64,000 bases of DNA from assembly GCA_013265495.1 (NCBI GenBank), contig MU058039.1, forward strand, positions 870,591 to 934,590, given 5' to 3'. Within the stretch, counting starts at the first letter, position 1, and each line of letters starts with the position of its first letter. This DNA is from Vicugna vicugna. Its lineage: Eukaryota. A program made the position numbers and the translations under genes. The notes beneath the pieces are model-generated. The model did no database searches. It saw only the letters and a list, made by a program, of their open reading frames with translations, and was not told the origin of the DNA. This document shows positions 24,621-35,680 of the stretch, piece after piece.

Positions 24621-27600
24621 TCACCTTTGAGCCTGGCCATCCTTCCAGACTCGCTTTTCTACCCTTAATAGGGCAGCTTGCCTCAAGTCTCTGCTCCTGG
24701 GAGGACTTGTTTCCCCCAAATTTCCTAGCACATAGTAAAGGCCTGCTCCTTCCCAGGCCTTGGGAGAATATGTGAGGGTTCCAAACTCAAGGGTGAGGCC
24801 CCTAAGTGAGTGAGGTGGGGGGACTTCACATGAATACCCTTACTGAAGGGGGTGGCCAGGCTTGGCCCTTTTGCTGCTACCACCTTGTGTTGACCTCTGA
24901 CAATTTTTTCAACCAGAAATGCCTTTTTTCCCCCACTCCCCTTAAACTTTTAAATATAACGACATCTAAGTCAAAGTTTATCTGAGGGGTAGGTCAAGCC
25001 CACCAGGCTCTAGGTTTGCTCTCTGCTCCTCACATGCAGCCACACTAAATCCTCCTGTACCCTGAGGTGCAATTATCATCCCCATTTCACAAAAGGGGAA
25101 ACAGGTTCAAAGTCTATCCAGGATCCAGCAAAGCTTGGGGTCAAACCCCAATGCAGCCTAGTGCTCTTAACCAGCACCTCCACTCCAGCTGGAAGGACTC
25201 TCAGAGAAGCTACTTCGCAGGTACTGAAGGAAAATCATCCTAAAGGAAATTCTGGTAGGAAAGCCCACCATGTAAGGAGAGTGGAGTGAGGTTGAGTGCC
25301 CACTCTAGCATCCTGGCTGGCTCCTCCTCTTCCTTCAGGCCCCAGCTTGAGCACCCCCTCTTCCAGGAAGCTCTCCGGACCCCCAGGCTAGGATAGCCAC
25401 TCCAGGACTCTTCTGTTCAACTATGCGGCTCTTGTCTAAACTTTGTACCCTCTGCTTGGATGCCTCCAGGGACCCCCAATTCTGTCCAGGAGGCCTGTGC
25501 CCTCAGTCCCACCCTCCACTGAGCCCCAGCTTACCATGAATACAAAGATAGACACACAGCACCAGCCCAGCACCAAGTAGTAGCCAATCTTCCCAAAGAG
25601 CAGGCCCATGAGGACCCCGCCAATCATCCTGGGGGCGGAAGGAGAGGGAAAGGCCAGTCTGTGGTAGAGGCCCCAGGGCTGGGGGCCAGCAGTGGAGAGG
25701 CAGGAGGGGTACTCACCCAACATATTTGTAGCCCAAGAAGGCCACCAGGTCGATAGTGGTGAGGTCGGTGTTGACAGTGACAAGGTAGAGGCTGAGCAGG
25801 ATGGCCAGCACCTCCAGTGTCAGCCAGGCCAACGCTGAGCTTGCTTGGAGCCCCAGGAGGTCTGGGGAGAACCTGCCGGCACCCAAGCTATGTCATTCAG
25901 TAGGCCGGCTCAGACCCTCCCTGAACATCTGCCTGGGCACAGTCCGCTGGGTGGGGCTGGAGACCCAGCAGTGACCAAGATGGATCTGGGCCCTGGCCTC
26001 CCAGAAATCCCATTCCAGGAAAGGCAGACCTGTCCTCAGTGATAGCCTAGAGAGGTCAGGGCTGGATCAGGGCAGCACAGGGCAGGGGAGGTGCCTGACT
26101 CAGTTGGGGGTGGGGTGTCAGGGAGGAGGGTGACACTTGAGTTGAGGCTTGAAGGAATCAGGAGCTGATTATGGAAGAAGGACCTTGGTCTCTGCCTTAT
26201 CCCCAGTGCCTCAATAATTAATTGACTCTAATGACAACTGTTTTCCATGACGCAAAGGAAATGAACAGGGGCCTATGAGGCAGGGGTGGGGGACTGACCC
26301 AGGCTGGAGGGTGGGAAGGCTTCCCTGAGAAAGTAACATCAGAGTGGAGACACCACAAGTGAACAGGTGCTCAGCAGGTGTAAGGGAGGAACTTACTCCT
26401 AAGCAAAGGGAACTGGATGTGCAAAGGCCCTAGGGAGGCAGCCCAGGCCCTCTGGAGGAATGGGAAGAGGACCAGAATGGTGGGGCAGAGAGAAGCCGCA
26501 TGGAGGGCAGGGTTGGGCTAAGGAGCTGAGGCTTGTCTGGGGACAGAGGGGCTAGGGTCAGCTAGCTGTTCTTCTGAAAAGGAGGGGACATGGCCAGGCC
26601 TGCCTCTCAAACAAGACCTTCCCAGCTGCTGCTGGAGTTGGGGTGCAGGGAGTGTGTGGGGCAGGGCAGATAGGAGAAGCCAAGGAGAAGGATGGATTTA
26701 GAGTCAGCAGCACAGGGTGTTGGGATGGGCCACACATGGGTGGGAAAGAGAGGGAAGAGGTGACCCTGAAAGTGATACCGCAGGCTGTGTCTTGGGCAAA
26801 CTGGGAACACAGTGGGGTTGTTCTGAGAGAGGGAAACCATGAGACCTTCCTGACTGCCCCTCAGCCCCTCAGGCCCACACCACTTCGCCTACTCCAGGCC
26901 TCCCTTACCTATCCTGGGTCCCCAGCGCCAGGCCAGCCACCAAGATGTAGGTGATGAAAGCCATGGCTGTGGGAGGCAAACACAGAGACACTGGTCAGAA
27001 GGAGGACCATCCTGGGCCTCCGGGCACCTAAACGTCTGCCCGAGACAGCCCACCCAGAGGGAGGAGGGCGCCGGGTGGTGGTGGGTGGGGTGAAACCTGG
27101 GATGTAGAGGTCAGGAGCATTGACGTCAAAGCGGGGGGCCACTGGTGTGTCCTGCTGGTACTGCACCTCCCAGTCCTGTGGGGAGAGTCGGGGGAGCAGG
27201 CAGGACTGGGGACTGGGCTCCTCCTGCCCCGCCAACAGGCCCCCTCTTGCGGCAAATCTACCCGCCCTGCCTCTTATACCTGCCCAGCCTGTGATTCACG
27301 CCGGCCCAGAGGCTGTCTTCCCCTCAGGGGGCAGTGCTCACCTGGTGCAGGTAGGGGAAGAAGAGCAGGCCCAGCTTTTTGCCCACATACATGGTGTCCA
27401 CAGCGAAGTAATATTTGAGCTTCGTGACAGGGATGAAGCGGTCGATCTAGGGAGGCAGAGCTCAAACCTGAAGCCCTGGCTCCACAGCCCCTGCCCGCCC
27501 CCTACCCCCGCCAGCCTGGCCCACTCACGTTCTTATCCACCAGCTCCTTGCCCTGTGCAGCTAGGCTGCTCCCGTAGGCCATAGCCATGTTGGACACAGG

Positions 27601-30600
27601 ATCTGCCAGGAAGGCTGCCTGGGGCGAGGCGGAGGCTGCAGGGTAGCCCAGGCTGCTGGGTCCCCGCTGGGCCCCGTAGCCCCGGCTCTGGGTTGAACTC
27701 GTGTCATCAAAAAGCTGGTGGGGGTCAGCCATGCCTGGCTGGGACACAGGGGTCCTCCGTTTCGAGGCTGCAGGGAAAGAGGGGTGGGAGCCTCATTCAT
27801 TTTGCAGGAGCTCTCCCTCCCGCTCCTGTCGCAGTAGAGCACTGGTTTTGATGGTAGATGGGTCATTTAGTCAAGTGCAGGTGGCCTCTGCCATCCATCC
27901 ATCCATCCATCCATCCATCCATCCATCCATCCAAATAACGATAATGATGATGATGATAGCTACATGTACTGAGGTTCACTGCGCACAAAACCCTGTGCTA
28001 AATCTTTCACAAACAAGGTCTCTATCCAGACCTCCCTTCGTGCTCCATCTCACTCATTCCACTCTAGCCGCACGGGCCTCAGTGCCACTGAACACACCGG
28101 GCACACTCCCACCTCAGGGCCTCTGCACTGGTGGTTCCAGTACCGGCTCTTCCCCCAGACATCCTCACGGCTCCCTCCTCTCCTCCAAGTCTTGGCTCCG
28201 TGGGGCCTGCCCGAGTCATCCTGTCTACAACTGCATCTCCCTTGGTGGCACCCCAACTCCCTTTCATTTATATCCATAGAACTCAGCACCAACTGACATA
28301 CTGGCTATTTCATTTATTTTGTTTGCTGTCTGTCTCCCCTACTCAAAGGTGAGCCCCCAGGATGGGGATCTTTGTTTTGTTCGTGGCTGAAGCCCTAGCC
28401 CCTAGAACAGGGTTAGAGTAGGTGCTTGATTAAAAACTTGATGAATAAATGCCAGTCCCCATTTACAGGCTCAGACAGGCTAAATGACTTGTGCAAAGGG
28501 CCAAACTAAGGAAATGACAGAGCAGGAGACCAGCCCAGGCCAGCCAGTTAAATATTACAATATTTCAATCTGAATTGAGCACTTACCACATACCAGGCTG
28601 TGTTCTAAACACTATGGATTAACTCATTTAATTCTCACAACAGCCCATTTTGTGTGGTTGATAGTATCATCCCACTCTACAGATGGGAAAAGTGAGCCCC
28701 AAAGAGGTTCAGGGCCCTCGCCCAAAGTCAGACAGATAGCATGAAGCAGAACCCAATTTCAAGTTTTTTAAAGGTCCCTCTGCTTCATGTGGGGAACAGA
28801 CTGGGGAGGTGGCGACAAGGAGGAGAGATGTGGTCCAGGTGGAAGAGTAGGATTGGGGGGCAGTGGTGGGGAGGGGATGGGTTGCTTCTGGATGGATTCT
28901 GGAGGTGGAGAGGCAGGATTGCCAGATGTGTGCTCAGTTGGAGGAGGGTAAAGAAGAGGCAGGAATCAACGCTGTCTCCTAGATTCTGGTTTGAGTGATA
29001 GAGTAGATGGTAGTGTTGTCTACTGAGATGGACAATATGGAGAGGGTGGATTTGAACCCAGCACTCTGGCTCCAGGGCCCTAACCTATAAGCAATGCTGT
29101 CACAATAAACATTTACTGAGCTCCTCCTCTGCCAGGCGCCATAATGGGAACAGGGTGGTGAGATTACAGTGGGATGGGGGAGAGGAGTCCAGTGCTCCAC
29201 GTCATGACTCTCTGCCCCTCAGTCTTCTCTGTAGAATGGTGTCAACAGTCCGGGGCCAAGTGACACTTATAAACTGCTCAGCCCCTGGCCTGGCCCACAA
29301 ACACGTGGTCAATCCCATCACCTATTATCGACTACTTCTTCCTCTTTGTTATTTGTGGCCTGAAAACAGACTCAGCAAGTGGTCAATCCCAAAGCAAGCA
29401 GCACTGGCCCTGGCTCACTTGTCCTCAAGCACCACTTCCCTTTTCCCTCTCCCACTACTGGCCAAAGGGCTGGCTTCCTGGAAGCTTTGGTGCAAGCCCT
29501 TCCTCCCTCTCTGTCACCCCCTCAGCCCTTGGCATTTGGGGTTCTGCTCTCCCTGGCCCCCTCAAAGGCCACTGCTCTACCAGGCCAAAGCCGTGATTCC
29601 ACTCTCCTCCAACTGAAGCTCTCGGCAGGATTGGCGCCCTTGCCCCCAGTGTCAGCCTCCGACTCTGCTCTCTTGGCTTCTGAGACACTCTACTACCTCT
29701 TTCTCTTTCCTGTCTGAGCCCCACAAACCTCGACTGAGCACCTCTGTGTTAGGCTCTGCTGCAGGCCAGGGAGATACAGCAGCCAGAATCATCTTTTTAA
29801 ATGCAAAAGAGGATATTTCATGCCCTCTGCCTAAGATCAGCGCCCAATATGCTGAGAATAAAATCCAAATGCCTACGAGGGCCTGCAGTGAACAAAAAGG
29901 GGAAAACTGCCTTCATGGGGCTGACAGTCTGATGGGTCCCTCTCAGTCACTGATTTCTCTCCAGCTCCCTGAAACGTGTGACCCAATTTTCTACCTTTAA
30001 GCTTCTCTTCTGCCTCTTACCTAGGGCAGTCTCACCACACCCACAGCTTTCAGTAAGCCACCACGTGCCCTGGGCTTCCTGGCACTGCCCTCTGGCTGCC
30101 CCTGGGCCTTTACCTCTGACATCCAATCAGCCAGTCGCTAGTCTCACCCACCCTATCTCAACGTCACTCTCCCTTCAAGACCTTGTCATCTCGCACCTGA
30201 CTTAAATGTCCTCTCACCAGGTTCCCTTGTTCATTCTTAGCCCCAACAATTTTCTTTCCTATCAGCAGCCAGAATCATCTTTTTAAATGCAAAAGAGGAT
30301 ATTTCGTGCCCTCTGCCTAAGATCAGCGCCCAATATGCTGAGAATAAAATCCAAATGCCTACGAGGGCCTGCATGACCCAGCCCTGCCAATCACCCTGGT
30401 TTGCTACCACTCCACCCAGCCACCATGGCTTCTTCTCAGGCTCCTGCAAAGTTCCTCGCCCCCTCAGGCTTTTGAACACAGTACTATCACCTCGGAACAC
30501 CTTCCCACAATCAACACCTGCCAATAAGCACTCAGGCCTCAGCTCAAAAGATTCCTTCTCAGAGAGACCTTCTTTACTCCCCAATATAAAGCACTAGCCT

Positions 30601-31818
30601 GGCCTTGTTCTTTCTCATAATATTTGGTGGTTCTTATTTCTCTTCTGAGCACTTATCATAAGCCCTAAATCTGTACTCATTAGTCTGTTTGTTTATTTGG
30701 CACAGGCCTCCCATGATTATTCCTCTCACCACAAATCCCCTTCTCAAGGCTAATTCCTCATCATTGGATGTACCTCTCCCAGGAAGCTTCACTGACACGC
30801 CCACTTTCCTAATCTGAGTTAACATAACACCTCCATCCAAGATGGAACCACTCTGATTGTGTTTCTCCCATCCCTGCCCTGACCCCTCTGACTACACAAC
30901 TCTCTCATCAGAGCTCCACAGTCCATAGACTGCTGCTGTCTTCCACTCTGTGCTGGTAGCTCCATGAAGACAGGAACCAGGACTGAAGGGCACAGCTGTA
31001 TCCCCAGCATCACACCACAGAGCCAGCCAGGCATCTTACAAAGGTTGAAGGGAGGAATGCATGCATCATATCTTGAGTCACATCCCAGATTATTCCCTTT
31101 ACAGCCCTAATTATATCCCCAAATTATCTTTCTGGCTTGTTTGCTTCCTAGTTTAGTGTCTGTCTTCCGACTAAACTCTGAGCTGTAAGTTACCAAGGAC
31201 CAGTGCTATGCTTACTACCACCGGGTACCTAAATTCCAGCACTGGGCCTGGCACAAGGGAGTTGGAGCAAGGTACGCTGAATGAATAAATGAGATGCACA
31301 CAACTCACGGAGATGAAAAGAAACTTAAAGAGGGATACAAATTCATAGACACGGGGAAAGGGAGTTAACACAACAGATACAGGTTCAAATCTTAAATGAG
31401 GGGTAAACACGGCCCTCTGCGATCACGCAGGGCTATGAATGCCATCCTAAGGAGCGTGGGGAAGAGAGCCCGAGGCCACGGAAGGATGGGGAGCGGAATG
31501 ATGGCTAACACAAATGAATGAAAGTTGCGTTTTTCTACACATCACACAATATCCTGCCCAAACTTGTTTTCTTCTAAAGGAATTTCCTAAAGAAAAGAAG
31601 AATCGAGCCCAACGAGCCCCCTACCCGGACCTGGCATCCCTGCGCTGTGCACACCATGTAGATCCAGATCCCTGACCTCGTGACCTCCGACCTGAGGCAA
31701 CCTCGTCAACCGTCGAGGCGTCCCCGCTTCGCCCCGCCCTCCCGATCTCTTCGGCCGGCCACGTACGCCACTTACGCTGCCGGGGCGTCCCCGCCGCCAC
31801 CAAGCCTCCTGGGTGCAT
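24448..31818 (-). CDS. YIF1B: Protein YIF1B (Yip1-domain ER-Golgi membrane trafficking protein), 309 aa, or 312 aa with the alternative exon-1 donor
   Basis: Minus-strand exons: 31818-31776 (or -31767) [14 protein letters not shown](RKW); 27767-27529 ([28 protein letters not shown]); 27446-27342; 27175-27097 ([26 protein letters not shown]); 26966-26909; 25872-25717; 25628-25535; 24603-24448 ([18 protein letters not shown]). All GT-AG, 930 nt in frame. AATAAA on minus at 24249-24244. Confidence 0.97.
27891..27932 (+). repeat. (CCAT)n microsatellite
   Basis: About 10 perfect units in YIF1B intron 1. Confidence 0.95.
29777..30373 (+). repeat. Dispersed 111-bp direct duplication (29777-29887 and 30263-30373)
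   Basis: cagcagccagaatcatc...cctacgagggcctgca occurs twice, with one mismatch (atttca/atttcg). Confidence 0.95.
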
Positions 31819-32110
31819 CCTTCGCCACCGCCGCCGCCGCCGCCCCAGCCACGGTTCGAAATGTGCCCGCCCGGCTCCCGTAGCCACGCCCTACCGGCGA
31901 CACGACAGCCAATGGGCGTCACGATAGTGCAGAGACCACGCCCTCTCGCGGAGGCCTAGACAAGTTGGCGGTGAGAGGCGAGGACCGGAGACTGGTGACT
32001 AAGGCGCGAGTCAGGGCAGGAGAGGCAGGAAGGCGGAGCTGGGAACTATCCGAGGAGTAGGCGGTGTCCTGCTGGACCGGAAATGTAGGTGTTGAGCGAA
32101 GAGGCCGATG
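31600..32110 (-). promoter_or_regulatory. YIF1B: CpG-island promoter / first exon(s) of YIF1B
   Basis: Dense CpG, (GCC)n run in the 5'UTR at ~31823-31845, CCAAT at 31909-31913, CCACGCCC (KLF/SP) boxes and an ETS core CCGGAA near 32077. Confidence 0.8.
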
Positions 32111-32352
32111 GGAAATGGAGTTCTCTATAGACCAACGCTCAATTTGGTCCCCGAGAGCACTGGGGAGCCCAAGGATGATGTAGAGCAGGAGAGGAGAGAC
32201 CCATTTGTGTTCCAGGGGCTAAATGGAGTTGTGCGTGCCCTAGCGCTTATGCAATTTTGGCAGACTTTAGGTATTAAAGTGATTATTTAGAGTGAGAAAA
32301 GGACATCCAACAAGTTAGGTGTGGGAAGAACCAGGTGTCTTTCCTCGAGATC

Positions 32353-32825
32353 GTTAAAAAACAAAACTAATTATAATTTATTATTAATGAAGTTCGAATA
32401 CATTTGAAGACCTCATAGGCTTTATTCAGCAAATTATGAATGGGGCAGCATCCCATCTAGTAAATAGAAAGGAGCTAGTAGGAGTTGTACAAAATGCAGG
32501 GTTTTTGTAAGAGGAGGGTGGAGCAAGAAAGTTATTAGCAAAATAAAAGAATTGTTTCAGGTCAGAGATCACCTTCTTTTAGGGTGAGGGTAAGGGTTTA
32601 TTTTGTAGAATACCTCTTCTTCCTTTGTAGAGGAGGGGCAGAGATGGAGAGGGCCCACGGGGCAGATTACCTCATTGGCGCTGACCAAAAAATCCAGACT
32701 GGCTGATTAAGATTACCTTCCCAGGGAAGGTGGAAATTGCAATTAGGTCAGGTATTAAATCTAAGTTTGGCATGGGCTTTAGCATGAGTCATGCCATTTT
32801 TGGGTCTGTGGTTTTCTTTTTAACA
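32353..32825. mobile_element. Solo LTR-like element upstream of YIF1B
   Basis: AT-rich block bounded by ~14-bp imperfect inverted termini (gttaaaaaacaaaac / gttttctttttaac|a). Family not assigned. Confidence 0.55.
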
Positions 32826-33511
32826 ATACCTTTAGACATTTCCCTAGAAATTCATAAAAATGCTCCTGTGTTGCAGTCTGGTTTCCCTGGACTGCCAAAA
32901 GCACTCTATGACCCCCAGCAGCTCAGCACATACAGGCACACCTGCAAGCGAGGAGCCCTGAAAACCAAGCTTCCTTAGTCTCTCCCGTCTCTGCCCTCAG
33001 TCGTCCCCTTTATCTAACCCTGTCGCCCCCTTTGTCTCCCCCTCGGCCTCCCCTTCTCTGTCCCTCAGTCTCCTCCACTTATCTCAGGCAAAGATAATGG
33101 TAGAAATGACTTATGAGGAGTGATAGCACTGCGGAAGGATGTCAGCAAGTTGACTTTATCACTGTGGCTTTCCCTTTCCTCCTCTGAGACATTGTCTTTT
33201 CTGGGGACCTTGAAGACTGTTCTGGTCTCTCAGTTATGAGTCCTAGCTAAGTTGCAGTCCTTTTTTTGTGAGTGAGGTACCCTCGTTCCTTTTCTGTCTC
33301 TCTGGTTTAATATCTGTGCCTTGGGCTCCACCACCATTTTCTCATCTTCAGCCCTCTCTCTCCCCTAAATTCTTCTGTGACTATTATATATATATATTTT
33401 ACTAATAAAGCAGGGATTTTGGCTTCCTGCTGGCCTCATGTTCACCCCTTCCTGATTGTGTGACTACTCTAGTTTTAAGGCTAAATGTTCTCATCTGTTT
33501 AATGGGAATAA

Positions 33512-33954
33512 TGTAAAACAAAACAAAAAAAATTACCCACCATCCAGTCCTACAAGAATCAAGTCATTAGCGACTGTAGTTGTTGACCTATACCCCAAAG
33601 GGAATTCAGGGAGAAGATCAGGATGAGGCACTCTGTGCTCCAGGAAAATAGGCCCTTAGATAGTTAGAAATATTTCAGGACATATTTTTTATGAACGTGG
33701 ATTCTTGCATCTTCCCATACTAAAATTATTAACTAAGATAGCTGTTCCTTGTGACTAACAGTAACCTTCTAAGGAGATGTGTGCCTGATTGCATGTACCC
33801 CTTAACCATGTGTATACTGGCCTCTCCCCCTACTTCTTTGCAGCAGTTTCTCAGAGCTGAGAGGATGTCACTCAAGCTTTGTTCCTCAATAAGTCCCCAG
33901 CTGAAAGTAAAATTCACATTTCTCACATTGTGCTTTTTTTTTTTCAAATTTACA
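33512..33954 (+). mobile_element. Solo ERV1 LTR, MER41-like (cetartiodactyl type), inserted in a MIR
   Basis: TG..CA termini, 4-bp TSD ATAA (33508-33511, 33955-33958), internal gaggcactctgtgct and gattcttgcatcttcccatac; MIR sequence on both sides. Confidence 0.75.
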
Positions 33955-34729
33955 ATAATATAGAAGGGGTTGAGAATTCAATACAAGCCCATGTGTCCAC
34001 AAGGCCTGGCATTATTATAAGCTTTTGATCACTGGCAGCTACTGTTACCATTTTTATTATCAGGTGTCTCTTCTAGGGTTGGCAGCCCCAAGTTGGGCTT
34101 TATCCTAAGAACTGCCACACTTTTATAAATAGAATCAGCTGGGGTGTGTCTGAGCTGGATCCCAAGCTCCACTCCTCTGCCAATCACATGTGGTTGGAAT
34201 TCTGGGCTGTCCTCCAGAAAGCTGTCAGGGAGGATGATGAGTTACAGACCGAGGAGGGTGGAAGAAAAGTACCGGAGAAACTGAAGGCAAAATTCCTCCT
34301 TAAACAGAGGAGTATATCTGTGATTCTGTCAGGGAAAGAGAACCTGGCACACTCCTATTCATCCTTCATGTCTCAGCTCAGACACTCCCTTCCTGATGAA
34401 GCTCTCATGACCTCCCTAAACTGGGTCAATTTAGGCTCCTCTAGGCTCCTCTGGGTCCCACAGTCCTCTAAGCTTCCCCATTTCAGTCCCCGTCCCTGTG
34501 CCCATGCTTCCCTCATCACAGCCTTGATCGTATTGGCTGTCACTCTGTTGAAGTGCTGGGAGCCCTCAGAGGGCAGGGTCCAGGACTGTGTTGGTCACTG
34601 CTGTGTCCCCGGCATCACCCCGCAAAGGGCCAAACACAACTCAGGCGCTGAGCAAAGACTGGGTGAACAGCTAAGGATCCCCACTCTGTCCGTGAGGGCA
34701 CAGGTGACACCTGGCCCTGTGGTGTCCCT

Positions 34730-35680
34730 TCATGAGTTAGGCGTCCTCTCCGGGTGGACGTAGCTCCACTCCAGAGAACACCTGGCGAATGGAGCGAAGG
34801 CTGGATTTCAGTTTGTCTCCTTGTCCCTTCAGCCACGCGCCCCAGTGCGGATGCGGCGTACAATCTTCGCAGCCGTGCGCGTTGGCCAGGAAGAGTTGGG
34901 GAGCGACTCCTCCGTCGGAGAGCGGAAAAGAGAGTTCGGATTCACACCGGGATAGGGAGCCGCGGCTCAGGGCAGGAAGAGAAGGAAGGAAGGGAAGGAG
35001 AGGAAGAAACCACCCACCGCTCGCTTCCCGCGTGTCTCCCGGGGTCGGGAGCTCCTGGCTCCTCCCAGTCGGTGCTCGCACCTGGCGGTGGGGCGTGCCT
35101 CAGTTTCCTCCACCCCCGCCCCTCCCCTTTTTCCTCTTCTTCCTCTTTGGGGCGCTGGTGGCCGCGTCTCGAGCACTCCCGGAACTGAAGCAGGGCGCCG
35201 GGCGGCCCGGAGGCGGGGGCCACGTCAGCGGCGCGGCCGGGGGCTCGGCGGGCTGCGCCATGCGGCCGGGCGCGCTCCTGGCGGGCGCCCTGGCGGCGTA
35301 CATCGTGTACCTGGTGCTGGGCGCGCTGCTGGTGGCGTGGCTCGAGCGGCCGAACGAAGCCCGGCTCAGAGCCGAGCTGCAGACGCTGCGCGAGCGGCTG
35401 CTGCGGCACAGCCCGTGTGTGGCCGCCCCCGCCCTGGACGCCTTCGTGGAGCGGGTGCTGGCGGCGGGCCGGCTGGGACGCGTGGTGCTCGCCAACGCCT
35501 CGAGGTCTGCCAACGCCTCGGACCCCACCTGGGACTTCGCCTCGGCGTTCTTCTTCGCCAGCACGCTGGTCACCACCGTGGGTACGTGAGCGCTTCCGCG
35601 AGATCCCCCGGCCCGCGAGGACCAGGGACCCCACCTCGTCCCCCCTCTCTGAGGACCGGGAGCCGTCACCAAATACCTTC
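34730..35680 (+). promoter_or_regulatory. KCNK6: CpG-island promoter and exon 1 of KCNK6
   Basis: Very high CpG density, GC boxes, GCCACGTCA at 35219-35227; head-to-head with YIF1B, ~3.4 kb between start codons. Confidence 0.8.
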
